The translations under genes and the position numbers were made by a program. The notes under the pieces were generated by a model. That model did not search any database. It saw only the letters and a program-made list of their open reading frames with translations, and had not been told where the DNA came from. A stretch of 64,000 nucleotides of DNA from Clostridium thermobutyricum (GTDB taxonomy: Bacteria; Bacillota; Clostridia; Ch29), in the NCBI GenBank assembly GCA_016841565.1, contig JAENYX010000012.1:619-64618 (forward strand). Reading direction: 5' to 3'. Positions 8,917 through 19,543 of the stretch are shown here, piece by piece. Every line of letters begins with the position of its first letter. Positions within the stretch are counted from its first letter, which is position 1.

Positions 8917-10041
8917 TCATAACAAAGCCTTTAGTATTTCGGTTATGGCACTTCCTATACTCTTCTCTTTAATCTCTTCCTGACATACAAGACTTGCCTC
9001 CATAAGAACCTGACCATCCAGCATAACTTTTATAGTCCCCGCTTTTTGGCCCTGCCTTACCGGTGCCCTGAGATAGTCTTCAGAATCCTCCGCAACTACA
9101 ATTCTCTCCTGTTCCGACCCGGTCAGAGGTATCCTAAGGGTCCTGTCGCAAACCAATCTTACCCTTTCTTCCTTTCCTTTTCGTACAGCTATAGTTTTTA
9201 TAAATTGTCCCTCTTGGAAGTACATAACCGGTTGATAATTCTCGAAACCATATTCAAGCAGAGCAGTGCATTCCTCCCACATGGGACCGCAGTTTAAAAC
9301 CACAGAAGCCAGCTGCCAGTCCTCTCTGGTGGCCGAGGCTGCCAGGCATCTGCCGGCATTATTGGTAAATCCCGTTTTTACCCCGTCTCCGCCTTCCACC
9401 CGCCATAAAATCTTGTTTTTATTGTTAAGTACCCTTAAATAATCTCTGCCCCACCACGGAATTTTTTTCTGCTTGGTGGCAACAATTTCCCGGAAAACGG
9501 GATTTCTTAGTGCATAGGCAGTAATTTTAGCCAGATCCTCTGCGGTGGTATAATGACCATCCTGGTCCAACCCGTGGGGATTAACAAAGTTCGTGTTTAA
9601 TGCTCCTATCTGCGCTGCTTTCCTGTTCATCATACCGGCAAAGCCTTCACAGCTGCCCCCAATATGCTCTGCTATGGCTACAGCTGCATCATTACCCGAT
9701 TGCAGCATAAGACCATACAGCAGTTCTTCCAGCATTAGTTTTTCCCCCGCCTGCAGGTAAATAGAAGAGCCGCCGGTATTTTGTGCTTTCAAACTGACTG
9801 TAACCAATTCCTGTAATTTGCCTGCTTCAATGGCTGTAATGGCAGTCATAATCTTTGTAGTACTGGCCATAGGAAGCTGCTGCTTCATATTTTTTTCATA
9901 AAGTATTCTACCGGACACAACATCTATCAGCACAGCAGCCCTTGAGTTTGGAGAAAGCTCTTGGGCCGCACAAACAACCGGCAGTAACAAACTTGTTATT
10001 ACAATTAGAAGTATTATTAAGATATTTAGCCTTTTCGACAT
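8917..10041 (-). CDS. dacB: D-alanyl-D-alanine carboxypeptidase (PBP5-type, S11)
   Basis: Signal peptide, then SxxK (ASTTK), SGN (SGND) and KTG active-site triad. Confidence 0.85.
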   Translation of the reverse strand: MSKRLNILIILLIVITSLLLPVVCAAQELSPNSRAAVLIDVVSGRILYEKNMKQQLPMASTTKIMTAITAIEAGKLQELVTVSLKAQNTGGSSIYLQAGEKLMLEELLYGLMLQSGNDAAVAIAEHIGGSCEGFAGMMNRKAAQIGALNTNFVNPHGLDQDGHYTTAEDLAKITAYALRNPVFREIVATKQKKIPWWGRDYLRVLNNKNKILWRVEGGDGVKTGFTNNAGRCLAASATREDWQLASVVLNCGPMWEECTALLEYGFENYQPVMYFQEGQFIKTIAVRKGKEERVRLVCDRTLRIPLTGSEQERIVVAEDSEDYLRAPVRQGQKAGTIKVMLDGQVLMEASLVCQEEIKEKSIGSAITEILKALL

Positions 10042-10101
10042 GCTACCTCCTCTTTCCGTTATAGCGCAGAAGGCATTCTGCCCTTACCTTTGCAACACAA
10101 C

Positions 10102-10545
10102 TTACTGTTCCATAGTGTCGTCATGACCCCTGCCGTGTCCCGTTCCAATCCTCATTTTCTTTACTACTCCCTGGAGCTCGTCAATTATCTGCGGAGACAT
10201 TTCTATTATTCTTTCAACCATTCCATTATTGTTTGCAGGCATTAGTTTAATATGTTCCTTGCCTACAACCATGAAAGCAACAGGCTGGACAGATACACCG
10301 GCTCCCGTCCCTCCTGCAAAGGGCATTTTCCCTCCGCCCTGGCCTTTTTCTTCCCCTTGCATCTGGTATTCTCCTCCACCCGATGCAAATCCGAAGGCAA
10401 CCCTTGAGATGGGGATTATAACCGTACCATCAACCGTCTCAACAGCATCACCCACTATTGTATTTACATCAACCATTTGCTTTATGCTTTCCATAGTGGT
10501 TTTCATCAAAGCCTCTATCGGATGCTCACTCAATTGCATCACCAT
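10102..10545 (-). CDS. ytfJ: Sporulation protein YtfJ (GerW family)
   Basis: 147 aa with the Gly-rich ..GFASGGGEYQ..GGGKMPFAGGTGAGVS.. core typical of YtfJ/GerW. Confidence 0.8.
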   Translation of the reverse strand: MVMQLSEHPIEALMKTTMESIKQMVDVNTIVGDAVETVDGTVIIPISRVAFGFASGGGEYQMQGEEKGQGGGKMPFAGGTGAGVSVQPVAFMVVGKEHIKLMPANNNGMVERIIEMSPQIIDELQGVVKKMRIGTGHGRGHDDTMEQ

Positions 10546-11164
10546 CCTTTTTCTTAGCTATTAATCCAATTGTACCCGCAGTAATAGCATGACCGATTTT
10601 TACGCTTAATATGCAGTCTGCACGGGTGCTTATAATGATACTCTCAAAGCTGGGAACTATGCTGATTTGGGGCAATGAAAGCAACTTAAACCTGGAGCTG
10701 AGCACTGAGGTAAAAAATGTCTTTACATTCCACAGCAAACCTATTGCTATTCCTGTGACAGCAGCATCTCCGGTACCCAATACCGAATTCCATTCCAGTT
10801 TTTTTATGGCAATCCTCTGTTGGATATATCTAATGGCCTTTCCATACCTGTGGATCATTAACTTATATTTTTTATAAGATTCCAGGGCATCATGGACATT
10901 TACCAGACTGCCAAACTCTTTAATAATCCTACCGCCGGCCGTTGCTTCCAACTCGCCCCTGACTTTTAGTCCGGGTCCTCCCATTGACATCAATTCCAAT
11001 AGGTTATACTCCCGTTTGAAGTTTATAAGACCAAACAAAGCGGATACTATTATTATAAGTTCATCGTCTTTATTATCCCTATAATAAGTTATCCTTATAT
11101 TAACGCTCGAAAATAGAGTTATAACAAGCAGTATTATTATCAGCGCTGCAACGGTTATGAACAT
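10526..11164 (-). CDS. ytfI: DUF2953 sporulation-associated membrane protein (YtfI-like)
   Basis: N-terminal TM segment. Sits immediately upstream of ytfJ and overlaps it by 20 nt, as in the Bacillus ytfIJ pair. Confidence 0.6.
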   Translation of the reverse strand: MFITVAALIIILLVITLFSSVNIRITYYRDNKDDELIIIVSALFGLINFKREYNLLELMSMGGPGLKVRGELEATAGGRIIKEFGSLVNVHDALESYKKYKLMIHRYGKAIRYIQQRIAIKKLEWNSVLGTGDAAVTGIAIGLLWNVKTFFTSVLSSRFKLLSLPQISIVPSFESIIISTRADCILSVKIGHAITAGTIGLIAKKKDGDAIE

Positions 11165-11227
11165 CCGGTATTACCTCCAACAATATCTTCCCAATATATC
11201 TTGCCTTGAATGTAAAAAAAATACACG

Positions 11228-11770
11228 TTACCGTGTATTTTCGTCCAGATATGTTATTTGTTCTTCCAGTATTTCAGGCAGTTCATTAACGGTGCTAAGC
11301 CCGAAGTATTTGAGAAAATCAATAGTTGTCCCATATACTATGGGCCGTCCTATGGTATCCAGTCTGTCGACCTCCTGAATTAATTTTTTTTCAATAAGGG
11401 TACTTATTGCCGTATCCGATTGTACTCCCCTTATGGAATCCACCTCGGCCCGTGTAATTGGCTGTTTGTAAGCTATTATGGCTAATGTTTCAAGGGCGGC
11501 CTGGGACAGCCCCTGTTTTCTTTGCGGAGAGTGCAGTTTTTGTATATACTCATAATGCTCAGGCCGGGTAGAAAACTGATAGTGCCCTTCTGCTTCAATC
11601 AACTGGAGCCCGCTTCTTTCAAAATTATACAAATCCTTCATTTCTTTTATTATGAGCAATACTTCCTTCTGGTCCATATCAAGTACGTTACATATGTCTC
11701 TCAGGCTGACAGGATCTCCTGCTGCAAAAAGCACGGCTTCTATTACACCCTTTATCTCTTTTTTGTCCAT
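11228..11770 (-). CDS. scpB: Segregation and condensation protein B
   Basis: MDKKEIKGVIEAVLFAAGDPVS.. ScpB N-terminus. The start ATG at 11768-11770 overlaps the scpA stop. The longer ORF-track form (MSYPGKCD..) is an in-frame upstream artifact. Confidence 0.9.
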   Translation of the reverse strand: MDKKEIKGVIEAVLFAAGDPVSLRDICNVLDMDQKEVLLIIKEMKDLYNFERSGLQLIEAEGHYQFSTRPEHYEYIQKLHSPQRKQGLSQAALETLAIIAYKQPITRAEVDSIRGVQSDTAISTLIEKKLIQEVDRLDTIGRPIVYGTTIDFLKYFGLSTVNELPEILEEQITYLDENTR

Positions 11771-11772
11771 GG

Positions 11773-12516
11773 TTATCTCCAACCTTTGTTTTGTCTTTTT
11801 CTTATAATTATATCTCCGAAATTGGACATCTGTTTTATGGTAATACTTCTTTCTTTTATTAGCTCTAATACCGCCAGAAAGGTTACAATCACATTTTCCC
11901 GGGTAGGACAATCTTCAAAAAGGTCGTTAAACATGATATGTCCTTCCCGCATTAATACTTTCCTAATATGCTTGATTCTGTCAACAACCGATATTATTTC
12001 TTTCTCCAGTCCCTTTCTAAGGTCATCATCAGTATTATAGAGGTTCTTGTACTTTTTCATAGCCTCAGAGAAGGCACGGCATAGGTCTGTAATATCTATA
12101 TCCAAAATAATAGGGTCGTGCTCAATATAAAATTCTGCCGGAGTAGGTTCACGAAAAAGTCTTTTTTGAAAATCCTCTTCCCTTTTTTTTAATTCACCGG
12201 TAACATCCTTATACTTTTTGTATTCCATTAGCCGCTCTACCAGCTGCTGCCTGGGGTCTATATCTTCTCCCTGCTCCTCAACATTCTGCTGCGGCAGCAG
12301 CATCCTGGATTTTATATGCAGCAAAGTAGCCGCCATAACCAAAAACTCGCTGGCAACTTCTATATCAAAATACCTTAGCTCATCAATATACTCCAAGTAT
12401 TGCCGGGTAATATCTGCTATGGGAATATCGTATATATCCACCTCGTTTTTTTCAATAAGGTGAAACAATAAATCAAAGGGACCTTCAAAAATCTCCAGCT
12501 TAACACTGTAGGACAT
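11773..12516 (-). CDS. scpA: Segregation and condensation protein A
   Basis: 247 aa kleisin (..EIFEGPFDLLFHLI..), followed by scpB with a 4-nt overlap. Confidence 0.9.
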   Translation of the reverse strand: MSYSVKLEIFEGPFDLLFHLIEKNEVDIYDIPIADITRQYLEYIDELRYFDIEVASEFLVMAATLLHIKSRMLLPQQNVEEQGEDIDPRQQLVERLMEYKKYKDVTGELKKREEDFQKRLFREPTPAEFYIEHDPIILDIDITDLCRAFSEAMKKYKNLYNTDDDLRKGLEKEIISVVDRIKHIRKVLMREGHIMFNDLFEDCPTRENVIVTFLAVLELIKERSITIKQMSNFGDIIIRKRQNKGWR

Positions 12517-12523
12517 TTTTCAC

Positions 12524-13519
12524 TCACTCCGCTGCTTTCAAATTCATTTTTTCCCTTACTTCCTCCAATGTTACAACTGCGGTTTCCCTTGCTTTTTTTG
12601 CTCCTTCATTAAGAATATCCCTTACAGTATCCGGGTGGGCTTCCAGTTGTTCTCTTTTGCTTCTTATGGGCTCCAGAAAGGCCGTAAGGTTTTGGGCCAT
12701 TTTTTTCTTGCAGGCAACACAGCCAATAGTACCGCTCTTACACATTTGCGCCGTATCCTCAATGTCTGCAAGTTGTGAGAATATTTTGTGGAACGAATAT
12801 ACCGAGCAGACATCCGGGCTTCCCGGATCGTCTTTTCGTATTCTCTTAGGATCGGTTATCATGTTTCCCACCTTTGACCTTATCTCCTGCGGGGTATCCG
12901 ACAGATATATTGCATTCTCGTAGCTCTTGCTCATCTTCCTGCCATCCACCCCCGGCAACACCTTGGCTTCTGTTAACAGCGCATCGGGCTCGGGAAAGGT
13001 GTCGCCGTATATTGTGTTAAATCTTCTGGCTATTTCTCTGCTCATCTCCAGATGAGGAACCTGGTCCTCGCCAACCGGTACGTATTTTGCCTTGAATACC
13101 AATATATCGGTTGCCATAAGACAGGGGTAGCCAAGAAAACCAAAATTGGCAATATTCCTGCCCTCCAACTGTTTTAGCTGGTCTTTATAAGTCGGGCACC
13201 TTTCCAGCCATGATACGGGAGTTAACATGGAAAGAAGTAAAAACAGCTCTGCAATCTCTTTTACATCCGATTGCACATAAATTGAACACTTGTCAGGGTT
13301 CAGCCCTGCGCTCAGCCAATCCAGGGCAACATCCATTATGTTATCCTGCAGCTGTGAAGTGTCTTCATAGGCGGTAGTCAGTGCATGCCAGTCCACTATA
13401 GCGTGATAGCTTTTATATTGTTCCTGAAGCTTTACCCAGTTCTCCAAAGCTCCGAAATAATTACCAAGGTGAAGTTTTCCTGTGGGTCTCATGCCGCTCA
13501 TAATAATATCTTTTGCCAT
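12524..13519 (-). CDS. trpS: Tryptophan--tRNA ligase
   Basis: HLGNY (HIGH-class) and KMSKS motifs. Start taken at MAKDIIMSG (ATG 13517-13519) with a GGGAGG RBS 7 nt upstream. Confidence 0.9.
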   Translation of the reverse strand: MAKDIIMSGMRPTGKLHLGNYFGALENWVKLQEQYKSYHAIVDWHALTTAYEDTSQLQDNIMDVALDWLSAGLNPDKCSIYVQSDVKEIAELFLLLSMLTPVSWLERCPTYKDQLKQLEGRNIANFGFLGYPCLMATDILVFKAKYVPVGEDQVPHLEMSREIARRFNTIYGDTFPEPDALLTEAKVLPGVDGRKMSKSYENAIYLSDTPQEIRSKVGNMITDPKRIRKDDPGSPDVCSVYSFHKIFSQLADIEDTAQMCKSGTIGCVACKKKMAQNLTAFLEPIRSKREQLEAHPDTVRDILNEGAKKARETAVVTLEEVREKMNLKAAE

Positions 13520-13644
13520 GTGTATTCCTCCCATCCATTTCAGATAATTATATATTTTATAATGTCAATAATCAAGCAGAGCATGCGTTCAAATGCCCCG
13601 GACGGTAACTTTGCAAAGTATCTATTCCGGTACTTCCCTGCGTG

Positions 13645-14265
13645 TCAAAAGAATATACCCACAACCTGGGTTATGGCAAAATCAAAGAATCCTATAACCG
13701 GGTTTAGTACTGCCCACAAGAAACCTCTGGCCAGAAAAACAAGCAGAATGAACACAAGCTGTATCTGGCGTTGGTACTGTATAAGTTTATAACCCATTTT
13801 GTCTGGCAGCAAGTCCTGTAGTATTGCCGAGCCATCCAGGGGATATAACGGCAGCAGATTAAATACTGATATCGCCAGGCTGTAAAAGTAGAAATAGTTA
13901 TAAAAGTTGGCCGGGATGCCCGTCAGTCTCCAAATACCCGATGCGGTAACAAACCTGGTAATAAGGGCAAGAAGTATTCCCGAAGCCGGCCCTGCCAATG
14001 AGACATAAAGGTCTCCCTTTTTTCTGTCTTTATAAAACATGGGACTGGTGTGAACCGGCTTGGCCCAGCCCAACCCGACCAGTACCAGCATTAACAGACC
14101 CAAAGGATCTATATGTGCCATGGGATTTAGGGTCAGCCTTCCCATGTTTCTGGGTGTCGGGTCCCCCAGCATATCGGCCACCTTTGCATGACTGTATTCA
14201 TGCAGTGTTAGTATTATTATAAATGCCGGCAAAGTATATATAAGTTCTCTTATGTCAATTCCCAT
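13645..14265 (-). CDS. Site-2 protease family zinc metalloprotease (M50)
   Basis: HEYSH (HExxH) inside a TM helix and an LDG motif, 206-aa polytopic protein. Confidence 0.75.
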   Translation of the reverse strand: MGIDIRELIYTLPAFIIILTLHEYSHAKVADMLGDPTPRNMGRLTLNPMAHIDPLGLLMLVLVGLGWAKPVHTSPMFYKDRKKGDLYVSLAGPASGILLALITRFVTASGIWRLTGIPANFYNYFYFYSLAISVFNLLPLYPLDGSAILQDLLPDKMGYKLIQYQRQIQLVFILLVFLARGFLWAVLNPVIGFFDFAITQVVGIFF

Positions 14266-15518
14266 ACATTATACTCCCCCTTTTGTACCATCTCTTTTAA
14301 CAGTTTCAACTGTCCATCAATGTCAGTGATCTTATCTTCTACAATTTGGGTCTTTGCGCCCTCCAATAGAACTCTGTACTGAGGCCCGGGCGCTACTCCA
14401 AAAGATTCCAGCGTGTTGCCGTCAATATAGAACATGAAATCCTTAATTTCCTGCATATAAGTCCTTACATTCTTTTTATAATGCTCTGTTGGTGCAATTG
14501 CACAAAGATACTTCAATATCTCCGGGTCAGTTTCAGCAAACATCTTATAAAGCAGTCCTCTACCCAGCGGCTTGTCTTTCATTTCGAGCCCCAGGCTTCG
14601 TTCCCTGTCACGGAATCTTTCCAGCTTTTTATAAAAGGTCTTATACCGGCTGAAAACCTCCAGAAGCTTCTCCTCCTTAATATCTTCCAACAGCGCCAGC
14701 ACCGAAAACAACAGCACATTTCTGCCGCCGTTTAAAATCCTATCAAGCTTCCGACATGTTGAAGAAGGAACTGAACTGCCGCCAAACAGCATTTGCCACA
14801 GTCCAACCTCCTGCATTCTGCTTAGCATGCTTGTCCGCTGAGGCTCGGTCAGAATTAGCTCCAACTCTGCTAAAATCCTCTCATTGCTGAGCCTCCGAGG
14901 GTATTCTTCTTTGATGCAAGCCATCATCAATCTTTCAGTCTTGATATCCATTCTGAAGTTATATCTTTTTTCAAGCCTTATTGCCCTCAATATCCGTGTA
15001 GGATCATCCACAAAGCTATTGCAGTGCAATACCTTTATCAGCCTGTTGCACAAATCTCCGTAACCGTCAAAATAATCTATCAGCTGCGGATTTTTCAGTG
15101 ATACCGCCATAGCATTAATGCTGAAATCCCTCCTGTATAAGTCGTCATAAAGGGAGGAAGGATAAACTTCAGGCAGGGCAGCAGGATAATTATAAATCTC
15201 CCTTCTTGCGGTTACTATATCTATGATGCCCAGTCCCCCGGTATCCAAAGTCACTGTCTTAAAGGAAGGATACGTTTTCACCACGCACCCATGGCAATCG
15301 TTGAAAGCCCCTGCAAGCCGTTGGGCATCTCCCACCACAGTAATATCTATATCCGAAAGCTCCACTCCCAAAAGCATGTCTCTTACTGCTCCCCCTACAA
15401 TATAGGCTTTGTACCCAAGAGAGTTGCATTTTTCCGATATTAAGGACAGCAGTTTTTGTAGTTCTTCAGATATTCGATCACCAATCCAATCTTTCTTCGG
15501 CATATTTTTCCCCACCAT
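14250..15518 (-). CDS. cca: CCA tRNA nucleotidyltransferase / poly(A) polymerase family protein
   Basis: GGAVRD nucleotidyltransferase head-domain motif, ..RDFSINAMA.. signature, 422 aa. Confidence 0.8.
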   Translation of the reverse strand: MVGKNMPKKDWIGDRISEELQKLLSLISEKCNSLGYKAYIVGGAVRDMLLGVELSDIDITVVGDAQRLAGAFNDCHGCVVKTYPSFKTVTLDTGGLGIIDIVTARREIYNYPAALPEVYPSSLYDDLYRRDFSINAMAVSLKNPQLIDYFDGYGDLCNRLIKVLHCNSFVDDPTRILRAIRLEKRYNFRMDIKTERLMMACIKEEYPRRLSNERILAELELILTEPQRTSMLSRMQEVGLWQMLFGGSSVPSSTCRKLDRILNGGRNVLLFSVLALLEDIKEEKLLEVFSRYKTFYKKLERFRDRERSLGLEMKDKPLGRGLLYKMFAETDPEILKYLCAIAPTEHYKKNVRTYMQEIKDFMFYIDGNTLESFGVAPGPQYRVLLEGAKTQIVEDKITDIDGQLKLLKEMVQKGEYNVWELT

Positions 15519-15682
15519 TTGCCATTACTCTTACTATATATAAACAACAATATTATATTACCATATATACGCCATTTTTTGCAGTAAAACCATTTAAATA
15601 CCAGATGGTTTTTCTGTCCCGGCCTCGCCGGAGGTTTTGCCCCATAGAACAGACAGTTGTTTTTCAGACACAAAAGGCAGGT

Positions 15683-15712
15683 CCCAAATAACAGAGACCT
15701 GCCCATTACTTA
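15683..15712 (-). terminator. Putative terminator of the amidohydrolase operon
   Basis: GGCAGGTC...GACCTGCC 8-bp stem followed (minus strand) by TTTTGTGTCT, 150 nt 3' of the 15864 gene end. Confidence 0.4.
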
Positions 15713-15863
15713 AAGTAAATGTCCTAAATATAAAATGTGTGTCCCCTTTCCTTAAAAGTATTCTTGCATAAGCGGATATTCATGAAGCCCATTAATGTCT
15801 TTTTTACTATGAGGAGGTCAAGAGATATCAGCGGCCTCCTCTTCTTATTTGATTTATCAATAA

Positions 15864-17030
15864 CTATTCCTGTGACAAAAAATCAACGGCAAATTGGGCA
15901 TACAGCGATGTGCCCACTGTGAGGGCATCCTCATCAATATTAAACCTTTCATGATGATGGGCAACATCTGTACCTTTTTTGCTGTCAGCTATTCCTACAA
16001 AGGCCATAACCCCGGGAGCTGCATCGCAAAGAAATGCAAAATCTTCTCCTCCCATAACCTTTTCCATATCGGCCACCGCATCCTGCCCATATAGCTTTTC
16101 AACCGCATCATGAGCTATCCTGGAAACTTCAGGATGATTTATCACCGGTGGAGTACCAACTGTGTACTCTACCTCAGCCTGGGCTCTGTAGGAAGCGGCC
16201 GTATTTTTTGCTATCCTCTCTATTATGGACGGAAGGCTGTTTACCACCTTTGGATTGAAGCACCGTGTAGTACCTTCCATTATAACCTCACTACATAAAA
16301 TATTCCACCGATCCCCTCCGTTAAACTTTCCAATGGTGACCACGACAGGGTCCAGGGGACTGACCTCTCTACTCACCACCGATTGGAGATCGTTTACTAC
16401 GGCGCAGGATGCCACAATAGCATCTATTCCCTGGTGAGGCATTGAGCCGTGTCCCCCCTTACCCTTAACGGTAATCTTTATAATATCCGTCGAAGCCATT
16501 CTGGGGCCCGGCTCTAATGAAACCTTGCCGCTTTCAAGACCCGACCAGAGGTGAATACCTAATACGGCATCCACTTTATCCATAGCCCCTTCCTCTATCA
16601 TTGTTATTGCTCCCTGGGCAATCTCTTCAGCAGGCTGGAATATGAATCTGATCGTCCCTTTAATGTCGTCCTTCATCCCGTTCAGTATTTTTGCTGCTCC
16701 AAGAAGCATGGCTACATGACCATCGTGGCCGCAGGCATGCATGACACCGGCATTTTTGGATTTATAGGGCAAATCATTTGCTTCGGTTATGGGCAGTGCA
16801 TCCATATCAGCTCTCAGGGCAACTATTTTGCCGGGTTTTTCTCCATTTATGATTCCCAGAACACCGGTTCTTGCCATTCTTTTAACCTCTACACCCATTT
16901 TCTCCAGCTCTTCCGCAACCCTGTTTCCTGTCCTTTCCTCTTGCCAGGTAAGCTCAGGATTCTCATGGAACTCCCTTCTCCATGCTATCAACTGGTCCTT
17001 TACACCTTCTGCTTTTTCTCTTATATCCAT
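15864..17030 (-). CDS. M20 family amidohydrolase (N-acyl-L-amino acid amidohydrolase / hippurate hydrolase-like)
   Basis: 388 aa with M20D motifs (..HACGHDGH.., ..GGEDFA..). Confidence 0.8.
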   Translation of the reverse strand: MDIREKAEGVKDQLIAWRREFHENPELTWQEERTGNRVAEELEKMGVEVKRMARTGVLGIINGEKPGKIVALRADMDALPITEANDLPYKSKNAGVMHACGHDGHVAMLLGAAKILNGMKDDIKGTIRFIFQPAEEIAQGAITMIEEGAMDKVDAVLGIHLWSGLESGKVSLEPGPRMASTDIIKITVKGKGGHGSMPHQGIDAIVASCAVVNDLQSVVSREVSPLDPVVVTIGKFNGGDRWNILCSEVIMEGTTRCFNPKVVNSLPSIIERIAKNTAASYRAQAEVEYTVGTPPVINHPEVSRIAHDAVEKLYGQDAVADMEKVMGGEDFAFLCDAAPGVMAFVGIADSKKGTDVAHHHERFNIDEDALTVGTSLYAQFAVDFLSQE

Positions 17031-18313
17031 TACTCAACCACCCCCGCAATATCCAGTATTGTATTATATATCAATTGTACACCTTTCTGCAATTGTTCAT
17101 AGTCGGTCCATTCTTCTGGACAGTGGCTGCGGCCTCCTCTGCTGGGTACAAATACAAGAGAGGAATCGGTAATTTCAGCCATAACCATTGCGTCATGGCC
17201 GGCACCGCTTATCATTTCCCTGTATGAAAACCCGGACTCCCGGCATTTCTCCTTCAAAATATCCACCATATAAGCGGGTACATGAACCGGGCTTACCGCA
17301 ATCTTTGTATTTACCTGGTATGAAAGTCCCTGGGCTTTGCCGCCCTCTTCCAGACATGCTTTAACTCCCTGTATAATGGCCTCAATATTATTCTCTTTTC
17401 TTGACCTTATATCTATTGTAAATACTACGCGTCCGGGTACAATATTAGTAGCCCCCGGGCTTACTCTGAGGCTGCCGATGGTGGCAACAGTACCTTCACC
17501 TGCTTCCTTTGCCAGTCTGTTTACCGCTAAAATGACCTGAGAGCTTAATACCAGTGCATCGGCCCTCATGCTCATGGGAGTTGTTCCGGCATGATCGGGT
17601 CTGCCTGTTATTTCCACCTCATAGTGCCTGATACCCACTATTGTATTTACTATACCTATATCCTTATCTTCTGCCTCAAGTACCGGTCCCTGTTCTATAT
17701 GAAGCTCAATGAAAGCCTTTATAGATCCTTCAGGCCTTTTTGCCTTCCCTATGTTTGCGGGATCAAAACCAAAGGCTTCCATTGCCCGACCGGTGGAAAT
17801 GCCGTTTTCATCCCTGTTTGTATCAAGCTCCTGCCTGGAAACCCTTCCAACCATTGCTCTGCTGCCGAAAAGCCCGGCGCCAAATCTGCCGCCCTCCTCC
17901 TCAACCAAAGCTACAAATTCAATAGGAAATTCGGTTTCAATCTTTTTTTCGTGAAGCAGCCTGGCAATTTCCAATCCGGTGACTACCCCCGCAGGTCCGT
18001 CAAAGTTACCCCCATTCTTTACAGAGTCAAAATGGGAGCCTACCATAACACATGGAAGACTATTATCCCTTCCGGCCTTCCGGCCAACTACGGTTGATGC
18101 GGCATCTTCATATACTTCAAGCCCTGCCCGTGTCATCTCATTTTTTATATATTCCCGGGCCTTCCTATCCTCCTCCGAAAATGAAAGCCGGGTCAGCCCC
18201 TGACCTGGCGATGCATTATACTTAGCCAGTTCTTCAATATCCTTCCTAATCCTATCCAACCGGGCGTCCATAAAATCCCTCCAATTATTTACAGATATTT
18301 TATCCAAACCCAA
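17030..18313 (-). CDS. M20 Zn-dependent hydrolase of the allantoate amidohydrolase / N-carbamoyl-L-amino-acid hydrolase family
   Basis: 427 aa, ..VMVGSHFDSV.. and ..HAGTTPM.. motifs of the AmaB/AllC/PucF family. Its stop overlaps the next gene's start. Confidence 0.8.
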   Translation of the reverse strand: MGLDKISVNNWRDFMDARLDRIRKDIEELAKYNASPGQGLTRLSFSEEDRKAREYIKNEMTRAGLEVYEDAASTVVGRKAGRDNSLPCVMVGSHFDSVKNGGNFDGPAGVVTGLEIARLLHEKKIETEFPIEFVALVEEEGGRFGAGLFGSRAMVGRVSRQELDTNRDENGISTGRAMEAFGFDPANIGKAKRPEGSIKAFIELHIEQGPVLEAEDKDIGIVNTIVGIRHYEVEITGRPDHAGTTPMSMRADALVLSSQVILAVNRLAKEAGEGTVATIGSLRVSPGATNIVPGRVVFTIDIRSRKENNIEAIIQGVKACLEEGGKAQGLSYQVNTKIAVSPVHVPAYMVDILKEKCRESGFSYREMISGAGHDAMVMAEITDSSLVFVPSRGGRSHCPEEWTDYEQLQKGVQLIYNTILDIAGVVE

Positions 18314-18327
18314 GGGGACATATGTAT

Positions 18328-19521
18328 CTACATCATCTTAATAAATATGCCGGCAAGGATGACCGATACAACTGTAACCGTTGTAAAACCTCCCACCAGC
18401 ATCTTGGGCAGCATCTGGTCCATCAAAAACTCTTTTTCTTCCGGAGTCTCAGCCAGAGCATTTACTGCTTCCTCCGTTAGTATATAATTTGGAGGGAATC
18501 CGTACAATGCCGTCAATGACAGAGCAAAGGCCATCTCCTTGGAATAGCCCAGGGATTTTCCCACCAGCATACACGCAGCGCCCATTCCGGTGACTCCGAT
18601 TACAATAATTATTACCAGAGGCCCGGCAATCTCCATAAGCATGGCAGGGGTTGCCTTGGCAAGCTGTGCAAAAATATAAGCCATCAGTGAAATCATCAGC
18701 CAGCCGAAGGATCCTGATTTAACAAGTGGTTTCCTTTCCAGAAAGCCTATTTCTGCTGCAATTACCCCGAAGATCAGACATAATACATAGGGTGAGATAA
18801 ATTGATTGATAAGGTTTGCAAAAGCCACCGAAGCCCAGGCTACAAGAGCAAGCTTGGTAATCAGTACAAAAACAGTCTGGTATTTTTCCGGCAAAGGCGG
18901 TATAAACTGGAGTTTGCTCTTCTCTTTTTCAAAAGCTGCCGCAGTTTGCTGAGAACTCAGTTCTGCCAAGCCCTCCTTATTGTTCCTATAGATGTCGAGA
19001 AGCCTGCTGCCTTCTTTCTTGAGAGCAAGAGCTGTCAGCGGATAACCGGCAAAGCCCTGCATTACATACATTACTATTGCAAGAACTGCCATGCTTGTCA
19101 GCCCCTTTGCAGTCGCAGCATCCGACATCATAATTGCCGCTACAATTCCGCCGGTCAGTGGAGGAGTTGCGGCAATTATTGCCTCTTTACCTACTATCAG
19201 GCGGCCAATGGTCAGCAAAAGAGCACACATTCCTGCGATACCGCTCAAGGCAATAGCTATTGTTTTCCACTGGGATGCCAGCTCTCTTACGCTCATCATT
19301 GTTCCCATGTGGACCAACAACAGGTACATGGACATCAGGGCAAGAGGCATTCCCAATCCGGGTATGTCTATAACATTGACCGGTATAAACGTCCAAAAAC
19401 CAATCATGAACAGTGTGGCGGCTACGAAAACCGATGGAATAAATGCCTTGGTCCTGGCCGACACCACATCGCCTATTGCCATGATACCTGCTACTACAAC
19501 AAAAGCAACTATTACACTCAT
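18328..19521 (-). CDS. Polytopic membrane protein, putative substrate permease of the amidohydrolase operon
   Basis: 397 aa with about 10-12 predicted TM helices. It is the first gene of the three-gene minus-strand operon, with a strong AAAGGAGG RBS 7 nt upstream. No family could be assigned by eye. Confidence 0.5.
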   Translation of the reverse strand: MSVIVAFVVVAGIMAIGDVVSARTKAFIPSVFVAATLFMIGFWTFIPVNVIDIPGLGMPLALMSMYLLLVHMGTMMSVRELASQWKTIAIALSGIAGMCALLLTIGRLIVGKEAIIAATPPLTGGIVAAIMMSDAATAKGLTSMAVLAIVMYVMQGFAGYPLTALALKKEGSRLLDIYRNNKEGLAELSSQQTAAAFEKEKSKLQFIPPLPEKYQTVFVLITKLALVAWASVAFANLINQFISPYVLCLIFGVIAAEIGFLERKPLVKSGSFGWLMISLMAYIFAQLAKATPAMLMEIAGPLVIIIVIGVTGMGAACMLVGKSLGYSKEMAFALSLTALYGFPPNYILTEEAVNALAETPEEKEFLMDQMLPKMLVGGFTTVTVVSVILAGIFIKMM

Positions 19522-19543
19522 TGTTCTACCTCCTTTTAAATGT

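Noticed and set aside
11771-11911. N-terminal 47-aa extension of ScpB in the ORF track (MSYPGKCDCN...)
   Set aside because: It overlaps the scpA coding end. The canonical ScpB start MDKKEIKG immediately follows the scpA stop, so the extension is an in-frame artefact.
13520-13644. T-box leader upstream of trpS
   Set aside because: Only about 125 nt separate the trpS start from the upstream gene. There is no T-box sequence (AGGGUGGNACCGCG) or specifier/antiterminator architecture. The region reads as a simple promoter.
15440-15706. 88-aa minus-strand ORF in the cca / amidohydrolase intergenic region
   Set aside because: No RBS and a Lys/Cys/Trp-rich low-complexity translation. It overlaps the predicted operon terminator hairpin, so most likely a non-coding spacer.
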